Source of the DNA: a virus
Lineage: Duplodnaviria > Caudoviricetes
Length of the DNA: 30,648 bases
IMG/VR virus record: IMGVR_UViG_3300020042_000947
Span: 1 to 30,648 of that record
Reading direction: 5' to 3' (one strand)
This document shows positions 26,380 to 30,648 of the stretch, piece after piece (the first letter of the stretch is position 1; every line of letters starts with the position of its first letter). A program made the position numbers and the translations under genes. Under the pieces are notes generated by a model that searched no databases, had not been told where the DNA came from, and saw only the letters and a list, made by a program, of their open reading frames with translations.

Positions 26380-26651
26380 TCTCTATACCCCCCACCAGAA
26401 GCTTTGTACTTTTTAGCAACAAGCTGAGCCTTGCGTGCTGACCATTGTCCTGCGCCCGTACCTTGTGTAGCTGCAGCTTTTACCTGAGCCACAATCCGCT
26501 TACGCAGACCGGGTTTTGTGTAGTTGCCAGCCGCATTTACTTTGCCGCCTTCAGCATACTGTGTAAAGTCAGTGTCATCCCGACGAGCTTTACGCTTGCC
26601 CTTGGGCATTTTGCTTGGGCTAATATCACCCATTCCACGGGATGCCATCAT
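26376..26651 (-). CDS. Basic protein, 91 aa: N-terminal peptide, YAEGG, then N-terminal half of a DUF5872-like domain
   Basis: 'NYTKPGLRKRI...GQWSARKAQLVAKKYKASGGGY'. Confidence 0.78.
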   Translation of the reverse strand: MMASRGMGDISPSKMPKGKRKARRDDTDFTQYAEGGKVNAAGNYTKPGLRKRIVAQVKAAATQGTGAGQWSARKAQLVAKKYKASGGGYRD

Positions 26652-27163
26652 ACAAACCTACCTCTGGTTTTACCCTTAGTAGCAATGCCGTCAGCGCGTT
26701 TAGAAGCGGAAGACACTTTAGAAGTCATGCCACCAGAAGCTATCTTTTTAATTTTACCGCCACGTTTGAATGCTTCAACACTCACACCTTCTTCATCAAA
26801 TCGTGGTTTACCACTACCGCCACCGCCACCGCCGCTACCACCAGCAAATTGGCCTAAGTCTCCGTATCCGGGAGCAGCAAATTCACCTTCTTCGGAACGT
26901 TTTGCTAATTCACGTTTTGCAAGTGTTGGCCCAAAACCACGCTCGGGAGTGTTGGCTAGCGTTTCTAACACCCGTGCATCAGCCACGCCATACATAGGGT
27001 CGTCAGCCCTACCGCTTGCTGTATCTTTCATAACACGTGCGCGAAGCATATCGTTATAAGCATCTGCTGCCGCCTCTTGTGTAAAGTCGTAGCGTGCTCC
27101 GGGTGTTTGAAATACGTCCGAATTTCGAGCAGTCCGCGAAGGGTAAGGTAGTTTTGTAGCCAT
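26648..27163 (-). CDS. Tagged-array protein, 171 aa (C-terminal SASKRADGIATKGKTRG)
   Basis: Unique N-terminus, poly-Gly linker, then FKRGG..IASGG..SASKRADGIATKGKTRGRFV. Confidence 0.8.
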   Translation of the reverse strand: MATKLPYPSRTARNSDVFQTPGARYDFTQEAAADAYNDMLRARVMKDTASGRADDPMYGVADARVLETLANTPERGFGPTLAKRELAKRSEEGEFAAPGYGDLGQFAGGSGGGGGGSGKPRFDEEGVSVEAFKRGGKIKKIASGGMTSKVSSASKRADGIATKGKTRGRFV

Positions 27164-27166
27164 GAT

Positions 27167-27751
27167 TTAGCACATCTTTCCACGGGTTTTACCCTTAACG
27201 GCAATGCCATCAGCACGGCGGGAGGCGGTCATACCACCAGAAGCCATCTTTGTAACCTTGCCACCACGCTTCATACCATCGCCTTTGTAGTTCTCTTCGC
27301 TGGGCAAACGAGTACCGTCTTCATAGCGACCAGAATACTCTCTGCGGGCTTTTTCGTTAGCGTCAGTTTCACGTCGATAGTTATCAACTTCTTCTTCGTC
27401 TAAACGAGCCTTAGCATCTTTGGACAATTCAACTTTGTCGCGGCGGTTTGCTGCTTTTTCAGCGGCGCTACCAAGGCCAGATTTATCAACCATCTTTTTA
27501 CCGAGACCAGTCTTTTCGTCAATCTTACGGCCAACCCCGTAACCAATTTCAAACATAACTTGACCAGCACCAGCACGGCCAACGTTACGGTTATCCGCAC
27601 GTTTGCCAGCTTCCCGAACGGCTTCTTTAGCGCCGCCAGTAAGCTTAGAAGAGTCTACATTACGGCCTTTTTTGCCTTTTGCAAAGTCTTCTTTAGCCCG
27701 CTCCACGACGTCATCTTTAAGACCGGGTAGGTTGTCCCATCTTGTAGCCAT
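27167..27751 (-). CDS. Tagged-array protein, 194 aa (C-terminal TASRRADGIAVKGKTRG)
   Basis: Unique charged N-terminus, then MKRGG..MASGG.TASRRADGIAVKGKTRGKMC. Confidence 0.8.
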   Translation of the reverse strand: MATRWDNLPGLKDDVVERAKEDFAKGKKGRNVDSSKLTGGAKEAVREAGKRADNRNVGRAGAGQVMFEIGYGVGRKIDEKTGLGKKMVDKSGLGSAAEKAANRRDKVELSKDAKARLDEEEVDNYRRETDANEKARREYSGRYEDGTRLPSEENYKGDGMKRGGKVTKMASGGMTASRRADGIAVKGKTRGKMC

Positions 27752-27753
27752 AG

Positions 27754-28038
27754 TTACACCATCTTTCCACGAGTTTTGCCTTTGGTACAGCAGCCGTCAG
27801 CACGTTTAGAAGCTGAGCCAACTGATCCACCTTTAGCCTTCTTTTCAAACATATCACCCATACTTACGCGTGAAGAAAGGTCATAAGCGGCTTCATTATT
27901 TGCAGCGGCTTTACGATCTGCAACTTCGGCTTTAGCCGCTTCCATCTTTGCACGAGTCTCAGGATATATAACTTCGTTTTGAGACTCAGGCGTGCGCCTA
28001 GGCTTGTATTTTTTAGCTGCTGCTGGTGTCATTGGCAT
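27754..28038 (-). CDS. Tagged-array protein, 94 aa (C-terminal SASKRADGCCTKGKTRG)
   Basis: AAGGA SD; KAKGGSVGSASKRADGCCTKGKTRGKMV. Confidence 0.8.
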   Translation of the reverse strand: MPMTPAAAKKYKPRRTPESQNEVIYPETRAKMEAAKAEVADRKAAANNEAAYDLSSRVSMGDMFEKKAKGGSVGSASKRADGCCTKGKTRGKMV

Positions 28039-28047
28039 GATGTTTCC

Positions 28048-28596
28048 TTAACAGGCTTTGCCGCCCATGTTCATCTTAACCATTTTGCCCTTGGTTTTAC
28101 CCTTAGTGGCAGCGCCGTTAGCAGCAGCGCGGAACGTACCGCCACCAGCCAACTTAGTCATAGGCTGACCTTTGTGCAAACGACCTTCGTGTTTGTTCAC
28201 GGCCTTCTGCATCATGGACTTGTCTTGCTTTATGTCTGCTTTAGCCATGCCGCCTTTTTTCATTGCGCCTTTACCGTCACCAATGAAAGCGGGTTTACCG
28301 TCTTTCATGGGCATAGCGCCGCCGCTGGAATATCCGCCCATGTTCATTTTCTTTGTAGCCATAGTATCACCACCTTCTTTCATGATTGACATCTTGCCAT
28401 GAAGTGTCTTGGGTTTGTTAACTTTTTGAAGGTCGGCACGGGATGTATCTGAGCCCTTACCAAACTTCATACCTTTACTTGCTCCACTAAACTCTTTTGC
28501 AACTGAAACCGGGATGCCAGCCTGTTTTGCAAACGTTGGATTATGAGCCGCTGCATCCATGAATTGCTTTTGCTTTTCACTTTTTGCTGGCATCAT
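28048..28596 (-). CDS. Lys/Met/Gly-rich protein, 182 aa, with multiple xxxGG motifs and a degenerate tag
   Basis: MKEGG, MNMGG, YSSGG, MKKGG, LAGGG..AAANGAATKGKTKGKM, MNMGG. N-terminal 'MPAKSEKQ..FM.AAAHNP.FAK..GIP.SVAKEF' module. Confidence 0.8.
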   Translation of the reverse strand: MMPAKSEKQKQFMDAAAHNPTFAKQAGIPVSVAKEFSGASKGMKFGKGSDTSRADLQKVNKPKTLHGKMSIMKEGGDTMATKKMNMGGYSSGGAMPMKDGKPAFIGDGKGAMKKGGMAKADIKQDKSMMQKAVNKHEGRLHKGQPMTKLAGGGTFRAAANGAATKGKTKGKMVKMNMGGKAC

Positions 28597-28835
28597 CGCC
28601 CCGCTTGAATAAGTTGGTCAATTTTTGCTTCAAGCTTGTTAAAGCGTTGGTCAATGTGGTTCGTAATGCGATCCACTTCTGCTTGAGTAACGTTATCACG
28701 AGCAACCTCCTCACGGGTTTTGTTCAGGAGGATTGTGACACGAGCCAATTCCCTAAACTTTTCATTCATCATGTATCCAAACAATCCCATCACAAGAGTT
28801 AGGATTGCTGACCATGCGGTGTTTAAATCTAGCAC
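28593..28835 (-). CDS. Small membrane-anchored coiled-coil protein, 80 aa
   Basis: N-terminal TM (AWSAILTLVMGLFGYMM) followed by a heptad 'IDQRFNKLEAKIDQL'. GTG start overlaps the upstream gene end. Confidence 0.7.
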   Translation of the reverse strand: MLDLNTAWSAILTLVMGLFGYMMNEKFRELARVTILLNKTREEVARDNVTQAEVDRITNHIDQRFNKLEAKIDQLIQAGR

Positions 28836-29296
28836 ATCCGGCCTTTTGTTTTTCCACGTGAAGCAATACCATCAGCGCGTTTAGAAGCAGAGGACACCTT
28901 GCCACCATCTTTGAGTCTGTCCCATATAAAAGCGTCGCGTCCATAGCTACGTTTTTGAGCGGGGGTCAACGCCCTTATTTGTGCGTCTGTCAGGTCAAAA
29001 TAGTTAGGTTTGTCTTTGGGGGGTTTGGCAACGGTACCCCGACCAGTCGGCTCTACGTACGGGTATTCTGTCTTGTTACCTTCGGTTTTAGCGTTATTCA
29101 ACGCCTCTTCACGACGGGACGCGGCAAGTTCTTTATCTTTTGCCGTTGCCTCTTTTTCGCTTTTAGAACCTTTAGTCGTGTCTATAACTTCACGCTTAAC
29201 ATTACCAGCGCTTCGGCCACCGCCACCACCGCCAGCAGGGGCAGCACCGCCACCGCCTTTTGGTTCGTCATCGTAGTAAGGTGTACTTCTTGCCAT
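28829..29296 (-). CDS. Tagged-array protein, 155 aa (C-terminal SASKRADGIASRGKTKG)
   Basis: Poly-Gly N-terminal linker; LKDGGKVSSASKRADGIASRGKTKGRMC. Confidence 0.8.
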   Translation of the reverse strand: MARSTPYYDDEPKGGGGAAPAGGGGGGRSAGNVKREVIDTTKGSKSEKEATAKDKELAASRREEALNNAKTEGNKTEYPYVEPTGRGTVAKPPKDKPNYFDLTDAQIRALTPAQKRSYGRDAFIWDRLKDGGKVSSASKRADGIASRGKTKGRMC

Positions 29297-29297
29297 A

Positions 29298-29543
29298 TCA
29301 ACACTTCCAAGCTCTAAGTGATTTGTTTATGCGTGAGTCTGGGTCTTTGGCGGTTTTGGGGGATGTCAATTTCTTTTTCATCCCTTCCATCCTCGCACAA
29401 AAAGAGTCGCGCCGGGAGCCGCCTTCTGGCTGGGGAGGTTTCAAGTTCATGCCTTGCTTTTTCGCGGAGGCGCGTCCCTTGGCATTCAAGCCACCCTTGG
29501 GATTCTTGCCTTCTTTCCTCTGCCATGCTGGACTCTTAGCCAT
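29298..29543 (-). CDS. Basic conserved phage protein, 81 aa (DUF6321-like)
   Basis: Likely start ATG at 29543: MAKSPAWQRKEGKNPKGGLNAKGRAS...RRDSFCARM...DPDSRINKSLRAWKC. Confidence 0.8.
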   Translation of the reverse strand: MAKSPAWQRKEGKNPKGGLNAKGRASAKKQGMNLKPPQPEGGSRRDSFCARMEGMKKKLTSPKTAKDPDSRINKSLRAWKC

Positions 29544-29805
29544 AGAACGCCACCGCTGCGCATGTTGCGCCAACAGAAACTACAAGACTTGTTGAACAAA
29601 TAACACCTTCGCCGGGAATCCAAATACTAGACATACCAGCAGCGCCAATTGTGAATGTAAACAACGTAGTTGAACCGTCTTTAATGACAATCGTACTAGC
29701 GCCTGTTGCGCTATACCAAAGACCTTTAAAACGGGTACGCCCTGTATACGCAGTTGTGTCAGTACTTACTGGACACGTTACGCCTTTAACGTCTGTCTGC
29801 ATCAT
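29536..29805 (-). CDS. Small beta-rich virion protein, 89 aa
   Basis: AAGGGG SD; 'MQTDVK...RTRFKG...IPGEGV'; position two genes after the capsid gene. Confidence 0.75.
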   Translation of the reverse strand: MMQTDVKGVTCPVSTDTTAYTGRTRFKGLWYSATGASTIVIKDGSTTLFTFTIGAAGMSSIWIPGEGVICSTSLVVSVGATCAAVAFYG

Positions 29806-29818
29806 AATTAATCCCCTT

Positions 29819-29839
29819 AAAAATGGGGCCGAAGCCCCC
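29819..29839 (-). terminator. Rho-independent terminator with C(UUCG)G loop
   Basis: mRNA GGGGC-UUCG-GCCCC followed by A and a U-run, just after the decoration gene stop. Confidence 0.75.
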
Positions 29840-29847
29840 TAGACTAA

Positions 29848-30333
29848 TTAGACTTGGCTGGGGTTAGCAGCGCCATCAGAGCCTTTAACGACGTACACGC
29901 ATGTAATCGTAGCAGCGCCGCCACTGGCTGTACCAGCGCAAGCGTAGATTGCTTGGACGACCAAGTCAGTTGCGCCAACATTCAAATACGTAGCGATCTG
30001 TGCGCCTGTAACAGTTGTAGTTGCGCGGCCAACAGCCAAAGGTGTAGTGGTAGCACCGCCAACGGTAGCCAAAGAGGAACCAGCGGCAGTTTGAATAGTG
30101 ATGGTGTTACCAGTAGTACCAGCGTAAGCAGTGGTAATGTCTACCAAGAATTCTAAAATTTGTGCGCCAGCGGGCAAAACAAACAAAGTGGTAGCAGTTG
30201 TGTCGCTAACAGTGGTTGCGCCTGTCTGGGTAACAACGGTTGCACCCATGTTGCGGATAGTGCCCGCAGTGGTGCCAGTAGTGTTTTTAACAGTGCCAAG
30301 CAGCCAAGGGCCAAGGTGAGTTGCGAATCCCAT
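29848..30333 (-). CDS. Putative capsid decoration / head spike protein, 161 aa
   Basis: Start MGFATHLGPW at 30333 behind an AAGGA SD. Thr/Ala/Gly-rich beta protein with 'LPAGAQI....DITTAY', directly after the capsid gene and flanked by terminators. Confidence 0.75.
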   Translation of the reverse strand: MGFATHLGPWLLGTVKNTTGTTAGTIRNMGATVVTQTGATTVSDTTATTLFVLPAGAQILEFLVDITTAYAGTTGNTITIQTAAGSSLATVGGATTTPLAVGRATTTVTGAQIATYLNVGATDLVVQAIYACAGTASGGAATITCVYVVKGSDGAANPSQV

Positions 30334-30346
30334 GATATGTGTCCTT

Positions 30347-30415
30347 ACATACAAGTTAAGTGCATCAATCTGTATGTCGTCAGCCGGGACTGTTTGATGC
30401 ACCGGAAAGCCCGGA
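30347..30415 (-). ncRNA. Pseudoknotted structured RNA, likely Mu-gpT-DE motif
   Basis: Three interleaved pairings: CCGGG/CCCGG, GUGCAUCAA/UUGAUGCAC and ACAUACA/UGUAUGU. Located about 65 nt 3' of a gpT-like capsid gene, the described context of the Mu-gpT-DE motif. Confidence 0.65.
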
Positions 30416-30423
30416 TTAAAGTC

Positions 30424-30452
30424 AATATACACCAAAAGAAAAGGGGGCACAA
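30424..30452 (-). promoter_or_regulatory. Putative sigma70-type promoter overlapping the capsid terminator
   Basis: TTGTGC (30452-30447), 17-nt spacer, TATATT (30429-30424). Predicted start site near 30416-30417, at the 5' end of the structured RNA. Confidence 0.5.
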
Positions 30453-30462
30453 GGCCCCCTTC
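30434..30462 (-). terminator. Rho-independent terminator after major capsid gene
   Basis: mRNA AAGGGGGC-CUUGU-GCCCCCUU-UUCUUUU, preceded by a second hairpin AUAUUUC-UUCG-GAAAUAU (30465-30482). Confidence 0.85.
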
Positions 30463-30481
30463 ACATATTTCCGAAGAAATA

Positions 30482-30646
30482 TTAGGCTGAACCGGGTGAA
30501 CCGAAGGTACCCAATGGATCAGACCAGCCGAAGCTATAACGCTCACGGGCTTTGTAACGAACGTTACCTGTGTCGAAGTCACCGTCCATCTTGTTCTCCA
30601 AAGGAGAGCGGATGAAATGCTTCAGACCGTTAGGCACATCAGTAGT
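30482..30646 (-). CDS. Major capsid protein C-terminus (Mu gpT-like, HK97 fold), 5'-truncated
   Basis: Manual translation TTDVPNGLKHFIRSPLENKMDGDFDTGNVRYKARERYSFGWSDPLGTFGSPGSA*, a typical gpT-like capsid C-terminus. Followed by a strong terminator. Not in the ORF track. Confidence 0.88.
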   Translation of the reverse strand, partial: TTDVPNGLKHFIRSPLENKMDGDFDTGNVRYKARERYSFGWSDPLGTFGSPGSA

Positions 30647-30648
30647 CA

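Noticed and set aside
26648-29296. CRISPR-like or integron-like repeat array
   Set aside because: The repeats are in-frame coding, vary at synonymous positions, are irregularly spaced and are not palindromic.
30375-30385. CUGACGA resembling the hammerhead ribozyme core
   Set aside because: No matching GAAA core segment or three-way junction was found; the pairings form a different pseudoknot topology.
30334-30582. N-terminal extension of the 244-aa ORF 29848-30582
   Set aside because: It overlaps the capsid C-terminus out of frame and crosses a terminator and structured RNA. The SD-supported start is at 30333. A capsid frameshift fusion was considered, but no slippery site was evident.
3-30615. 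Numerous plus-strand ORFs (e.g. 5008-5832, 4465-5004, 26445-27059)
   Set aside because: They are antisense shadows of a contiguous minus-strand operon, with no recognisable motifs or convincing SD sites.
1-30648. Stop-codon reassignment, tRNA genes or introns
   Set aside because: TAA, TAG and TGA all terminate genes cleanly at dense junctions, and no intergenic gap shows a cloverleaf or intron-sized insertion.

Overview
The window is a 30.6-kb slice of a tailed dsDNA phage (Caudoviricetes) virion morphogenesis operon. All credible genes are on the minus strand and are tightly packed, often with ATGA/TGATG overlaps. In transcription order (right to left) it holds: the 3' end of a Mu gpT-like major capsid gene; a terminator, promoter and pseudoknotted RNA (likely Mu-gpT-DE motif); decoration and small virion proteins; an array of small basic proteins sharing a C-terminal 'xxGG..SASKRADG.A.KGKT.G' tag; adaptor and neck proteins; a tail fibre with an S74-type chaperone; an AT-rich cassette (6-bladed propeller adhesin, coiled coil, glycosyltransferase); a lysis cassette; a nozzle-like protein; three putative ejection/core proteins; and a >2,150-aa polyvalent protein that runs off the left edge and is absent from the ORF track. 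No sheath, tube or tape-measure gene is recognisable here, so a podovirus-like virion is inferred. The most novel signals are (i) a recurrent hydrophobic-[AKSN]-x-G-G motif and shared C-terminal tag across many unrelated proteins, paired with a tape-measure-like 'SDSIPA...GEFV' domain, suggesting a capsid cargo tagging/processing system, (ii) SD-led genes nested out of frame in the giant gene, and (iii) the promoter-linked pseudoknotted RNA. Family names come from motif recall, not from database searches.
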